NCBI GenBank assembly: GCA_963731735.1 | Contig: CAVSWO010000002.1 | Coordinates: 692,257-756,256 of the forward strand | DNA: 64,000 nt | Source: Candidatus Kerfeldbacteria bacterium | Lineage (GTDB): Bacteria; Patescibacteriota; Patescibacteriia; SBBC01; CAIJZX01 | Direction: 5' to 3' | Part shown: positions 1-8,478 of the stretch, one piece after another | How positions within the stretch are numbered: the first letter of the stretch is position 1 | How the letters are laid out: the number at the start of each line of letters is the position of its first letter | Translations under genes and position numbers: made by a program | The notes under the pieces: generated by a model | What the model was told of the DNA's origin: nothing | Seen by the model: the letters and a program-made list of their open reading frames with translations, nothing else | The model's database searches: none

Positions 1-476
1 TGCCGGATTATTCCAGCTGGACGTTCAAAGACCCGGCTGCGCTCAGTCAGCGCCAAGCACCGACTGCTTCGCAAATCGTGATTGACTACTCTTCATTCAA
101 CTATCAGGTCACCTATAAGTACCACCCGGAATTGAATCGCTATTTCCGATTCCAGGGCGATACCCAGCACGTGACCCGCGACGGTCAGGCAATTTGGGCG
201 ACCAACGTGATTGTCATGAAAGTCCAAACTGGCCTCTTAGCGGGTGACAGCAAACGACTGGACATGAAAAATATCGGCACCGGCGAAGCCACTGTCTTCC
301 GGGACGGACAGGTTATCCAAGGCACCTGGAAAAAAGACTCGGGTCAAGCCCGGACCGAATTCCTCGATGCCGATGGACAGCCGATTCCGCTTGATCGCGG
401 GTCGACCTGGATCTCGGTCATTCCGACCGATCGCGACGTGAGCTACTCAGCGCCACAGGCCGAAACCACGAATTGA
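1..476 (+). CDS. DUF3048/YerB-like protein, C-terminal part (5'-truncated by window edge)
   Basis: Frame open from window start; Y-F-R-F-Q-G, ATNVIV, GTGEATVFRDGQVIQGTWKK and LDRGSTWI motifs typical of the DUF3048 C-terminal domain. Confidence 0.75.
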   Translation, partial: PDYSSWTFKDPAALSQRQAPTASQIVIDYSSFNYQVTYKYHPELNRYFRFQGDTQHVTRDGQAIWATNVIVMKVQTGLLAGDSKRLDMKNIGTGEATVFRDGQVIQGTWKKDSGQARTEFLDADGQPIPLDRGSTWISVIPTDRDVSYSAPQAETTN

Positions 477-1280
477 TTCGCCGTCGGAAATCGGCACAAT
501 TTCCGCCGCCGGCCAGCGATCACGCAATTGTTGCTCAATCGCTTCGGCTTGCGACGGATCTACTTCAATCACTAAACCCCGCCAGTCATCCCGACTGGCG
601 GCTTGGTTGAATAAGGCTTGATACAGTTGTTGCCCGTCATGTCCGCCGATCAGGGCCTGAGCGGGTTCAGCCGCCAAGCTCGGTTCTTGCATTTGGGCGG
701 GAGTCAGGTAGGGGAGGTTGGCGACAATCACATCAATCGGTGTGGTCTCGACTGGTTCGAGCAGTGAACCGTGACGCCAATCAACACGGCCGGCCAGTTG
801 CAGCCGACGGGCATTGGCGGCCGCCACGCGCAGGGCCGGCAGCGAGGTATCAATCCCAATCGTCGGCCGATGCGGTTGGTGCTGGGCGAGGGCCAGCGCA
901 ATCGCCCCGGAACCAGTCCCGACATCAACGATCGGATCACCCGGCTGATCGCCAAGCCGTTCCAGTAGATGATCAACCAGCAGTTCGGTGGCGGGTCGTG
1001 GTACTAGGACCGCTGACGTTACCAGCAGCGGTAATCGGTAAAATTCCTGCTGCCCCGTCAGGTAGGCGATCGGCTGGCCGTCCAGGCGTTGGCCAAGCAG
1101 CCGTTCAAAGGCGTGGATGTCACTGCGGCCAACCGATTGTTCAGGATGCGCTAGCAGATAGGTGCGGGTGGTGCCGAGTTGATGCGCCAGGAGCACCTCG
1201 GCGTCGAGTTCCGGACTTTGGCTAACGGCCGACAGGACGGCAGCCGCGCTCTGTAGGAGTTCGTCAATCCGGGCGCGCAT
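447..1280 (-). CDS. prmC: Release factor glutamine methyltransferase PrmC/HemK
   Basis: PIAYLTG, VLVPRPATE, DVGTGSGAIA, ANLPY (NPPY-like); directly downstream of prfA. Confidence 0.95.
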   Translation of the reverse strand: MRARIDELLQSAAAVLSAVSQSPELDAEVLLAHQLGTTRTYLLAHPEQSVGRSDIHAFERLLGQRLDGQPIAYLTGQQEFYRLPLLVTSAVLVPRPATELLVDHLLERLGDQPGDPIVDVGTGSGAIALALAQHQPHRPTIGIDTSLPALRVAAANARRLQLAGRVDWRHGSLLEPVETTPIDVIVANLPYLTPAQMQEPSLAAEPAQALIGGHDGQQLYQALFNQAASRDDWRGLVIEVDPSQAEAIEQQLRDRWPAAEIVPISDGESIRGFGLWR

Positions 1281-1343
1281 GGGTAGAAACATCAACATTG
1301 TGCATACGAATAGTATGCCATACTTGCACCAGAAACTCGAATA

Positions 1344-2408
1344 TTAGGCGGTTTGCAGTTGTCGTTCCGCTGCCCGGAGCGGGTCAAGCAGGGGATGAAG
1401 GTGGCCGGCCAGTATTTCGTCGACGTTATGCACGGTCAGCTTAATGCGATGATCCGTTACGCGATCTTGCGGGAAATTATAGGTTCGAATTTTTTCAGAA
1501 CGATCGCCGGAACCAATTTGGCTTTTGCGTAATTCGGATTCACGCTGGCGTCGTTCTTCGGCTTGTTTAGCCAGCAAGCGCGAACGTAAAACCTGCATGG
1601 CCTTCAGTCGATTTTGGGTTTGCGAGCGTTCATCTTGCATCGAAACGGTTATGCCGGTTGGCAGGTGGGTCACCCGGATAGCCGAATAGGTCGTATTGAC
1701 CGATTGACCGCCGGCGCCGGTTGAGGTCGAGGCCACAATTTTTAAATCTTTGGGATCGATCACCAGGTCTTCTTCCTGGGCTTCCGGGACGACCGCCACG
1801 GTCACGGTCGAAGTGTGGACGCGACCGCTTTTTTCGGTGTCCGGCACGCGCTGTACCCGGTGCACACCACTTTCATGTTTCATCCACTGGTACACGCGAT
1901 CACCATTGATAGAAAAAATCACTTCTTTATAGCCGCCAATTTCAGTTCGCGAAGCCGACAAAATTTGGGTTTTCCAACCCTGGTGTTCGGCGAACTTGCT
2001 GTACATGCGAAACAGCTCAGCCGCGAACAGCGCCGCTTCGTCACCGCCGGCGCCGGGACGAATTTCGACAATGATATCGCGCGCGTCCATCGGATCAGTC
2101 GGTTGCAGAGCTTCAGTCAGTTGCTCGGTCAGCTGGGCATGCTGGTGTTCAACGCTCGGGAGCTCTTGTTCAGCCAGTTGCTTGAGATCGGGATCATCGC
2201 TGTTGATGGTTTCTCGTACATCCGCTAGTTGTCGATCAAGCGCCGCCAACTTGTCAGCTTGTTCGAGAATCTGCGTTAACTCAGCGTACCGCTGGGAGAG
2301 CGTTCGCAACGCACGTTGGTCGCTGGCGGTGCTAGCGGCTTGGAGCTGCGTTTCAATTTCGGCATGTTCGCGCCGAAGTTTTTCAATAGTGGCTGGTTGG
2401 ATGGACAT
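1344..2408 (-). CDS. prfA: Peptide chain release factor 1
   Basis: GGQ motif (GAGGQSVN), VQRVPDTE (PxT), GRVHTS, RSEKIRTYNFPQDRVTDHR. Confidence 0.98.
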   Translation of the reverse strand: MSIQPATIEKLRREHAEIETQLQAASTASDQRALRTLSQRYAELTQILEQADKLAALDRQLADVRETINSDDPDLKQLAEQELPSVEHQHAQLTEQLTEALQPTDPMDARDIIVEIRPGAGGDEAALFAAELFRMYSKFAEHQGWKTQILSASRTEIGGYKEVIFSINGDRVYQWMKHESGVHRVQRVPDTEKSGRVHTSTVTVAVVPEAQEEDLVIDPKDLKIVASTSTGAGGQSVNTTYSAIRVTHLPTGITVSMQDERSQTQNRLKAMQVLRSRLLAKQAEERRQRESELRKSQIGSGDRSEKIRTYNFPQDRVTDHRIKLTVHNVDEILAGHLHPLLDPLRAAERQLQTA

Positions 2409-2462
2409 AGGCAAAAACACCCGGCGGACCCTCGGTCCGGCCGAGAGTCGGCGGACAGATCG

Positions 2463-2762
2463 TTATTCCTCGCTATCTTTTTCAGCCTTGGCGACCTTGC
2501 GGGCTTTTTTGGCTTCCAGCTTGGAACGCTTGCTTCGAACCGGGCGCTTGAGCGAGGCTTTTTTCTCAGACAGTTTTTTGAAACGGTCAACCCGTCCGGC
2601 AGTGTCAACAATGTTCTGTTGGCCGGTGTAAAACGGATGGCAATGCGAACAGACTTCGACTTTCATCTCTTCAAGGGTCGAGCCGGTCGTAAAACTGGTC
2701 CCGCACGAGGTGCAGGTGACCTTGGCAGCATGCGTATATTTTGGGTGAATGCCGTCTTGCAT
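2463..2762 (-). CDS. rpmE: 50S ribosomal protein L31 (Zn-type) with Lys-rich C-terminal tail
   Basis: [27 protein letters not shown]. Confidence 0.97.
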   Translation of the reverse strand: MQDGIHPKYTHAAKVTCTSCGTSFTTGSTLEEMKVEVCSHCHPFYTGQQNIVDTAGRVDRFKKLSEKKASLKRPVRSKRSKLEAKKARKVAKAEKDSEE

Positions 2763-2771
2763 AACCACCAG

Positions 2772-2822
2772 ACTATAAAGGCGAGCGCCCGACTTGTCAA
2801 GGCTGCCCGGCTATGGTAGAGT
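2772..2822. promoter_or_regulatory. Divergent sigma70 promoters for rpmE (-) and rpsB (+) with overlapping -35 boxes
   Basis: Plus: TTGTCA(2794)-17-TAGAGT(2817); minus: TTGACA(2800-2795)-17-TATAGT. Confidence 0.75.
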
Positions 2823-2829
2823 AAGCCGC

Positions 2830-2960
2830 GGTTGGAAAAACAGCCATTTTATCACTCATACACCTGCCCGCGCGGCGCCACGGCCCCCTCCCGGTATCTC
2901 GGGAAGCCCTGGAAACGGTGTAGCGGCGCCGGGGTTCTCCCGGCCACATAAGGAACATCT
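2830..2960 (+). promoter_or_regulatory. Structured rpsB 5' leader (possible S2 autoregulatory element)
   Basis: About 130-nt GC-rich leader with GGCGCC/GGCGCC and TCCCG/CGGGA stems between promoter and rpsB; called by position only. Confidence 0.4.
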
Positions 2961-3725
2961 ATGCGCGATCTGACACTCTTGGAAATGTTGCAGCACGGGG
3001 TCCACTTTGGCCACCAGCAAAGCCGGCGGCACCCGAAAATGGACAAGTCGATTTACGACACCCGGAACGGCATTTCGATCATCAATTTAGAATCTACGCG
3101 AACGGCGCTTGGCCAAGCGGCGGCTTTTGCGCGCGACGTGGTCGGCCGCGGCGGCACCATCGTCTTTGTCGGTACTAAGCGGCAAGCCCGATCGATAATC
3201 CAGGCGGCGGCCCAGCAAACCGGCCAACCGTACGTGATTGACCGTTGGATTGGCGGCTTGTTTACCAACTTCGGGCACGTCCGTCAATTGATTGAAAAAC
3301 TCCATCAGCTCAAGGAGGATCGAGCCAATAACGTTTGGAACAAGTACACAAAAAAAGAACAGCTCGATTTACAGAATGAACTGGATCGCTTGGAGCGCCT
3401 GGTTGGCGGATTGGGCAAGATGGAAAAACTCCCGGATGCAATTTTCATTGTTGACTTGAAAGCGGACAAAACCGCCCTGGCCGAAGCCAAGAATGTTGGG
3501 ATGCCGATCATCGCGATGTGCGATACGAACGTCAATCCGGTCGGCGTCCAGTATCCGATTCCGGCCAATGACGACGCGACGAAATCTATTTTACTGATCA
3601 CCAATTATCTCGTCGAGGCCATTCAGGAAGGGCAGCAGCAAAATGAGCAGCGCTTGCGCACCTTGGCACAACAAGCCGCCGAGGCGCCAATGCCGGCCGC
3701 GGCTGAAGAAGGAGCCGCCGCATGA
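2961..3725 (+). CDS. rpsB: 30S ribosomal protein S2
   Basis: GVHFGH, FVGTK, RWIGGLFTN, DTN, PIPANDD. Confidence 0.98.
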   Translation: MRDLTLLEMLQHGVHFGHQQSRRHPKMDKSIYDTRNGISIINLESTRTALGQAAAFARDVVGRGGTIVFVGTKRQARSIIQAAAQQTGQPYVIDRWIGGLFTNFGHVRQLIEKLHQLKEDRANNVWNKYTKKEQLDLQNELDRLERLVGGLGKMEKLPDAIFIVDLKADKTALAEAKNVGMPIIAMCDTNVNPVGVQYPIPANDDATKSILLITNYLVEAIQEGQQQNEQRLRTLAQQAAEAPMPAAAEEGAAA

Positions 3726-4309
3726 ACGTTTCAGCCGCTGACATTCAATCCCTCCGCGAACAAACTGGCGCCGGCATGATGGACGCCAAGCGCGCCTTGG
3801 AAGCCGCCGACGGTGACCTGGAGCAAGCCCTGGTTGCGCTTCGCAAAGCCGGTCTCAAATTAGCCGCCAAGAAAAGCGACCGGGCCGTTTCAGAAGGCGC
3901 TATCGGCGTGTACCTGCATTCAAATAAAAAGGTGGCCGCCATGGTGGCCCTGGCCTGTGAAACGGATTTCGTGGCCCGAACTGACGACTTTCAAGCCTTG
4001 GCGAATGAACTGGCTATGCAAGTGGCAGCCATGAATCCGGAATACCTGAAACCGGAAGACATTCCGGCCGAAGTCCGCGATCAGGAAGAGGGGATTTATC
4101 GGGACCAACTCAAGGCCGAAGGCAAACCCGAAGCCATGTGGGATAAAATTCTTCCGGGCAAGCTGCAGCGCTTTTATACCGAACATTGTTTACTGCATCA
4201 GCCCTTCGTCAAGGATGACAGCAAGACCATTCAGGATCTGCTGACCGAAGCGACCACCAAACTCGGGGAGAACATCCAAATCAGCGCGTTTCAGCGCTTG
4301 GCGCTCTAA
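3722..4309 (+). CDS. tsf: Elongation factor Ts (short form)
   Basis: LREQTGAGMMDAKRAL, CETDFVA; follows rpsB. Confidence 0.98.
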   Translation: MNVSAADIQSLREQTGAGMMDAKRALEAADGDLEQALVALRKAGLKLAAKKSDRAVSEGAIGVYLHSNKKVAAMVALACETDFVARTDDFQALANELAMQVAAMNPEYLKPEDIPAEVRDQEEGIYRDQLKAEGKPEAMWDKILPGKLQRFYTEHCLLHQPFVKDDSKTIQDLLTEATTKLGENIQISAFQRLAL

Positions 4310-4314
4310 CCCCT

Positions 4315-5211
4315 ATGTCGTTCCTTGATATTATCGCCATCGTCGTGCTGGTTCTCAGCCTGATTGGCATCGGTTTCATCGTCTTCCGTAAGTTTCCCCT
4401 CTTGGCTTCGATTGACGTCAAAGCCACCACCAGTCCGACGTCCGAACGAAAAGTCACGATTCTTGAACAGCGGCTGAAGCGAAAATTCCAAACCGCCTTC
4501 ACGAAAGTCGGTAGCGTCAGCCAACCGGTTTGGCAACGGACCGGCGGCCTGATGAAAAAAGCCCAGCATAAATTAGTTGACCTTGAACATGAATACAAGG
4601 CCCGGTCGTTACCGGTCTGGCTGAACCGTCGGCAGCGACAAAAAGTCGCCAACGAAGTCGGCGAACTGCTCGATCAAGCCCGGTTGCTGATTGAAGACGA
4701 GGAATACCGGGCGGCCGAAGAGAAAGCTCTGCAAGCAGTCCGGCTTGATCCGCGTTCGGTACCGGCTTTCGAACTGCTGGGAGAAATTTACATGGAGACG
4801 AAAGAATTTACCCACGCCAAAGAAGTTTATTCATACCTCTTGAAGCTCTCGGGTGATTCCGACGCGATGTATGAAAAAATGGCTGAAGCAGATATGGCCG
4901 ACGGAAACCTGGCGGCCGCCGAAATTGACCTTAAGCAAGCCATCGCTCTCAATAGCTCAAGCATGCTCTATCACTTAGAACTGGCCCAAATTGAACGCCA
5001 GCTTGGCCACTGGGAAGACGCCTTCAGCGCCATTCAAGCCGCGGCCCAGCTTGAACCAAACCACCCCAAGGTGTTAGATGAACTGATTGAAGTTTCCCTC
5101 GGTGCCGGCAAACGAGAGTATGCGAAGGATGCCATCGCCAAAATTAAATCTACGAACCCTGACAATAAAAAAATCCCCGAGTGGGAAGAGCGACTGGCAA
5201 CGCTCAGCTAA
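4315..5211 (+). CDS. Membrane-anchored TPR-repeat protein
   Basis: N-terminal TM helix, then helical repeats (AVRLDP, AIALNS, AAQLEPNHP). Confidence 0.8.
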   Translation: MSFLDIIAIVVLVLSLIGIGFIVFRKFPLLASIDVKATTSPTSERKVTILEQRLKRKFQTAFTKVGSVSQPVWQRTGGLMKKAQHKLVDLEHEYKARSLPVWLNRRQRQKVANEVGELLDQARLLIEDEEYRAAEEKALQAVRLDPRSVPAFELLGEIYMETKEFTHAKEVYSYLLKLSGDSDAMYEKMAEADMADGNLAAAEIDLKQAIALNSSSMLYHLELAQIERQLGHWEDAFSAIQAAAQLEPNHPKVLDELIEVSLGAGKREYAKDAIAKIKSTNPDNKKIPEWEERLATLS

Positions 5212-5217
5212 CATCAC

Positions 5218-5293
5218 GCCCACGTAGCTCAGTTGGCAGAGCGCGTCCATGGTAAGGACGAGGTCCGCGGTTCGATCCCGCGCGTGGGCTCCA
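5218..5293 (+). tRNA. tRNA-Thr(GGT)
   Basis: GCCCACG/CGTGGGC acceptor stem, CGTCC-ATGGTAA-GGACG anticodon arm, GTTCGAT T-loop, encoded CCA. Confidence 0.95.
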
Positions 5294-5332
5294 GGGTCGG
5301 TACCGAAGCGGTCAAACGGGCCTGACTGTAAA

Positions 5333-5508
5333 CCCGCCTGCCAAAGCCGTACTTCGACATTTGATAATACTCGACATACTTGGGTCGGTACCGAAGCGGT
5401 CAAACGGGCCTGACTGTAAATCAGGCGGCCTCGCGCCTTCGTAGGTTCGAATCCTACCCGGCCCACCAAGTATTATCATAATTCGAGTAGCTTTGTTCGG
5501 CGGGCAGG
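5333..5508. mobile_element. Hairpin insertion carrying a full tRNA-Tyr copy
   Basis: Imperfect inverted arms CCCGCC..CAAAGC..TACT.TCGA..TGATAATACT / AGTATTATCA..TCGAGTAGCTTTG..GGCGGG; termini CCCGCCTGCC and GGCGGGCAGG; mobility is inferred. Confidence 0.7.
5382..5468 (+). tRNA. tRNA-Tyr(GTA), intact inner copy
   Basis: GGGTCGG/CCGGCCC acceptor stem, CCTGA-CTGTAAA-TCAGG arm, long variable arm, GTTCGAAT, CCA. Confidence 0.96.
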
Positions 5509-5557
5509 TCAGGCGGCCTCGCGCCTTCGTAGGTTCGAATCCTACCCGGCCCACCAC

Positions 5558-5675
5558 GGGTCAAACCATGCTGCGGCTTCCGTGTGCTCAAGGACTGAGC
5601 CCACTGCAGCCTCCGCATGACTGCCCCTTACCCCACAAATCCGTGCTCGCTTCGCTGCGCTCCTGATTTGCGGGG
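5558..5675. repeat. Two adjacent imperfect hairpin (REP/MITE-like) elements in the tRNA spacer
   Basis: CATGC..GCTCA-AGGAC-TGAGC..GCATG (5558-5627) and CCCCACAAATC..GATTTGCGGGG (5631-5675). Confidence 0.55.
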
Positions 5676-5691
5676 GCCCCAGGTAAGCTAC

Positions 5692-5766
5692 GCCAGCGTA
5701 GCTCAGTGGCAGAGCAACTGTTTTGTAAACAGTAGGTCATCGGTTCGAATCCGATCGCTGGCTCCA
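5692..5766 (+). tRNA. tRNA-Thr(TGT)
   Basis: GCCAGCG/CGCTGGC stem, ACTGT-TTTGTAA-ACAGT arm, GTTCGAAT, CCA. Confidence 0.96.
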
Positions 5767-5790
5767 GAAAGATTCATTTACCACACATAT

Positions 5791-5946
5791 ATGTCACAAG
5801 ATAACCTGATCAAGTTGCAATGCACCGAGTGTAAGCACATCAACTATCACTCGAAGCGGAACAAGAAGACGATCAAGACTAAGATCGAGCTGACCAAGTT
5901 CTGTAAGCACTGCAAGAAGCATCAACTTCATAAAGAGGTTAAATAG
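5791..5946 (+). CDS. rpmG: 50S ribosomal protein L33
   Basis: [33 protein letters not shown]; canonical position before tRNA-Trp. Confidence 0.96.
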   Translation: MSQDNLIKLQCTECKHINYHSKRNKKTIKTKIELTKFCKHCKKHQLHKEVK

Positions 5947-5965
5947 AATATCGGCCGGTCGTGAT

Positions 5966-6040
5966 GGGGGCGTAGTGAAATGGCTATCACAACGGTCTCC
6001 AAAACCGTTATTCAAGGTTCGAATCCTTGCGCCCCTGCCA
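5966..6040 (+). tRNA. tRNA-Trp(CCA), flanked by an 11-bp inverted repeat
   Basis: GGGGGCG/CGCCCCT stem, ACGGT-CTCCAAA-ACCGT arm, GTTCGAAT, CCA; flanks GGCCGGTCGTG / CACGACCGGCC. Confidence 0.95.
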
Positions 6041-6057
6041 CGACCGGCCAGCTGAGA

Positions 6058-6169
6058 AGTGCCCGGCGGAGCCGGGTCCGGCTTCGCCGGAAAATGGCTA
6101 TCACAACGGTCTCCAAAACCGTTATTCTAGGTTCCCCCGGACTGCGATCCGGGGCTAGTGCCCGTGCCA
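6058..6169 (+). pseudogene. Degenerate tRNA-Trp copy interrupted by mini-hairpins in the D and T arms
   Basis: AGTG[CCCGGCGGAGCCGGG TCCGGCTTCGCCGGA]AAATGGCTATCACAACGGTCTCCAAAACCGTTATTCTAGGTTC[CCCCGGACTGCGATCCGGGG]CTAGTGCCCGTGCCA. Confidence 0.75.
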
Positions 6170-6221
6170 CGGGCGGCCGGGTCTCCATCACGTTTGTAGT
6201 CGAGTGAGTGGTTTCAAGCTA

Positions 6222-6254
6222 TTATTCAAGGTTCGAATCCTTGCGCCCCTGCCA
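6222..6254 (+). repeat. 33-bp exact repeat of the tRNA-Trp 3' end (att-like)
   Basis: TTATTCAAGGTTCGAATCCTTGCGCCCCTGCCA equals 6008-6040. Confidence 0.9.
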
Positions 6255-6312
6255 AATAAAATCGTCCTAATTCCCATTAGGCCCGGCTTGACATGTTCGC
6301 TATACTACGAGT

Positions 6313-8418
6313 ATGGACGAACACCCACTGTTGTACACATGCCCGATGCACCCGAAGGTAGTGCAGACGCATCCCGGCCTGTGCCCGGAATGCGGGATGC
6401 AACTTGTGCCATCGCATGATAACGGCGCGCACCAACATCACCATGACCACGCGGCCATGGACAAGCACGCTGGCCATTCCACCAATATTTTTAGAACGAA
6501 ATTCTGGGTGAGTTTTGCGCTGTCCCTGCCGATCGTGGCTTGGTCAGCCATTGCCCAAAAGACCCTTAGTTACTCGATTGCGTTTCCCGGACAAACGCTG
6601 CTCACAGTAGTCTTTGCCTCCGTGATTTTCTGGTACGGCGGCTGGATCTTTATCGCTTCAGCCGGTCGCGAACTGAAAGCCAAACTACCGGGCATGATGA
6701 CCCTGATCGGGCTGGCGATTTCCGTGGCCTACGGTTACAGCCTAGCGGTCTCGGTATTCGGCGGGGGAGAAGCGTTGTGGTGGGAACTGTCGACATTAAT
6801 TACCGTGATGTTGCTCGGACACTGGATGGAAATGCGAGCGGTGACCGGCGCCCAGGGTGCGCTCAACGAATTATCAAAACTCCTACCGGATACGGCTGAA
6901 GTTATCCGGGGTGACACGACCCACGTTGTTCCCTTATCCGAACTGAAGGTTGGAGATAGGGTGCTCGTCAAACCCGGCGGGCGGATCCCGGCCGACGGTA
7001 AAGTGCCAGCCGGCAATTCGGACGTCAATGAATCCGTGGTGACCGGAGAATCAAATCCGATAGCGAAGCGGGCAGGGGATCATGTGATTGCCGGGACTAT
7101 CAACGGGGACGGTTCGCTGACCATCATGATTACCCAGCTCGGCGACCAGACCTTCTTGGCCGGGGTCATGCGGCTGGTGGCCGAAGCCCAAGCCTCGAAG
7201 TCGCGGCTGCAAACCTTGTCCGATCGGGCAGCCTTGTGGCTGACAATCATCGCGATTGCCGGTGGGGGCATCACGCTGGTGACCTGGTTGTTCTATGCCG
7301 ACGCGTCATTTGCCATCAACCGAATGGTGGCGGTGCTGGTGATTACTTGCCCGCACGCGCTCGGGCTGGCGATTCCGCTGGTGGCGTCAATCTCAACCTC
7401 AAAGGCCGCTCGTAATGGTTTCCTGGTCAAACAACGCCTGGCGCTCGAAGCGGCTCGCACCATTACCGTCGTTCTGTTCGATAAAACCGGCACCCTGACC
7501 AAAGGCGAATTCGGCGTGGATACGATTGTGTCGAACGGTGAACCAGAAGCAACAGTCTTGCAGTATGCGGCGTCGGTCAACGCCAAGTCCGAACATCCGC
7601 TGGCTCAGGCCATGGTGACTGCCGCCAAACAGCGGCAGATCGAACTCCTCCCGATCAGTGAGTTTCAACGGTTGCCCGGCAAAGGCGTCCGCGCCAAGGT
7701 GAACAACACGGTGATTCAGGTTGGCAGTTTGACCCTGGCTAAAGAAGTTGGGGACGCCCTACCGGAAGCCATGCAAACCTCCGCCGATAAGCTGGCCGGC
7801 CAAGGGAAGACGATCAACGTGGTGATTCGCGAGGGTCATGTCCTCGGGGCGCTGGCCCTGGTCGACAGTATTCGTGACGAATCACGACAGGCGATTACTG
7901 CTTTGAAACAATTAGGAATCCAAACCGCAATGATCACCGGTGATTCGGAAGCGGTCGCGAAATGGGTAGCTGGAGAACTTGGAATCGATCGGTATTTCGC
8001 CCATGTCCTGCCCGACCAAAAGAGCGCCAAGGTCAAAGAACTCCAGGCCGAAGGGAATAATGTGGCCATGGTCGGGGACGGTGTGAATGATGCCCCAGCA
8101 TTAACCCAGGCAGATGTAGGGATTGCCATCGGAGCCGGAACAAACGTGGCGATTGAATCAGCCAGCATCGTGCTGGTCAAAAATGATCCGCGCGATATCA
8201 CGAAGATTATCCGGCTGTCGAAACTGACCTATACGAAAATGATCCAGAACTTATGGTGGGCGACCGGATACAATATCGTGGCCATTCCGCTGGCCGCCGG
8301 CGTTCTGGCCTTTAAAGGCATTATTCTCCAGCCAGCAGTTGGCGCTTTTCTGATGTCGCTTTCGACAGTGATCGTGGCCGTCAACGCGGTAGCGTTGCGG
8401 AGGCAGAAGTTGGATTAA
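6313..8418 (+). CDS. copB: Copper-translocating P1B-type ATPase (CopB-like, CPH motif) with N-terminal YTCPMHP metal-binding domain
   Basis: YTCPMHP..CPECGM, His-rich linker, TGES, CPHALGLA, DKTGTLT, SEHP, GDGVNDAP. Confidence 0.92.
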   Translation: MDEHPLLYTCPMHPKVVQTHPGLCPECGMQLVPSHDNGAHQHHHDHAAMDKHAGHSTNIFRTKFWVSFALSLPIVAWSAIAQKTLSYSIAFPGQTLLTVVFASVIFWYGGWIFIASAGRELKAKLPGMMTLIGLAISVAYGYSLAVSVFGGGEALWWELSTLITVMLLGHWMEMRAVTGAQGALNELSKLLPDTAEVIRGDTTHVVPLSELKVGDRVLVKPGGRIPADGKVPAGNSDVNESVVTGESNPIAKRAGDHVIAGTINGDGSLTIMITQLGDQTFLAGVMRLVAEAQASKSRLQTLSDRAALWLTIIAIAGGGITLVTWLFYADASFAINRMVAVLVITCPHALGLAIPLVASISTSKAARNGFLVKQRLALEAARTITVVLFDKTGTLTKGEFGVDTIVSNGEPEATVLQYAASVNAKSEHPLAQAMVTAAKQRQIELLPISEFQRLPGKGVRAKVNNTVIQVGSLTLAKEVGDALPEAMQTSADKLAGQGKTINVVIREGHVLGALALVDSIRDESRQAITALKQLGIQTAMITGDSEAVAKWVAGELGIDRYFAHVLPDQKSAKVKELQAEGNNVAMVGDGVNDAPALTQADVGIAIGAGTNVAIESASIVLVKNDPRDITKIIRLSKLTYTKMIQNLWWATGYNIVAIPLAAGVLAFKGIILQPAVGAFLMSLSTVIVAVNAVALRRQKLD

Positions 8419-8439
8419 ACTATTCTAGAAATAATGCTC

Positions 8440-8472
8440 TTGCGTAAGACTTGGTCTTCGGCTATACTTCGG
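8440..8472 (+). promoter_or_regulatory. Sigma70 promoter overlapped by a putative LexA box (TTCGG-N6-TTCGG)
   Basis: TTGCGT(8440)-17-TATACT(8463); TTCGGCTATACTTCGG at 8457-8472. Confidence 0.65.
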
Positions 8473-8478
8473 GTAGTC

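Larger units (their letters stand above)
5294..5556 (+). tRNA. Outer split tRNA-Tyr(GTA): 5' half 5294-5332 plus 3' half 5509-5556, interrupted by a 176-bp insert
   Basis: The joined halves (39+48 nt) are identical to the intact 87-nt tRNA-Tyr at 5382-5468; the break is right after the anticodon loop CTGTAAA. Confidence 0.85.

Noticed and set aside
5333-5508. Group I intron or archaeal BHB intron in tRNA-Tyr
   Set aside because: Only 89 nt are non-tRNA and they pair with each other, leaving no ribozyme core; the junction gives 4-nt and 1-nt bulges, not 3-4-3; the site is 38/39
5074-5557. Minus-strand ORFs MVGRVGFEPT.. (5074-5469, 5312-5557)
   Set aside because: Antisense shadows of the tRNA-Tyr copies
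6041-6254. Integrated prophage or island at tRNA-Trp
   Set aside because: The att-like repeats are about 180 bp apart, and I found no integrase, phage gene or distant partner repeat in the window
5617-6419. N-terminal extension of rpmG and ORFs 5980-6207 and 6204-6419
   Set aside because: They run through tRNA-Thr, tRNA-Trp and its relics; rpmG starts at 5791
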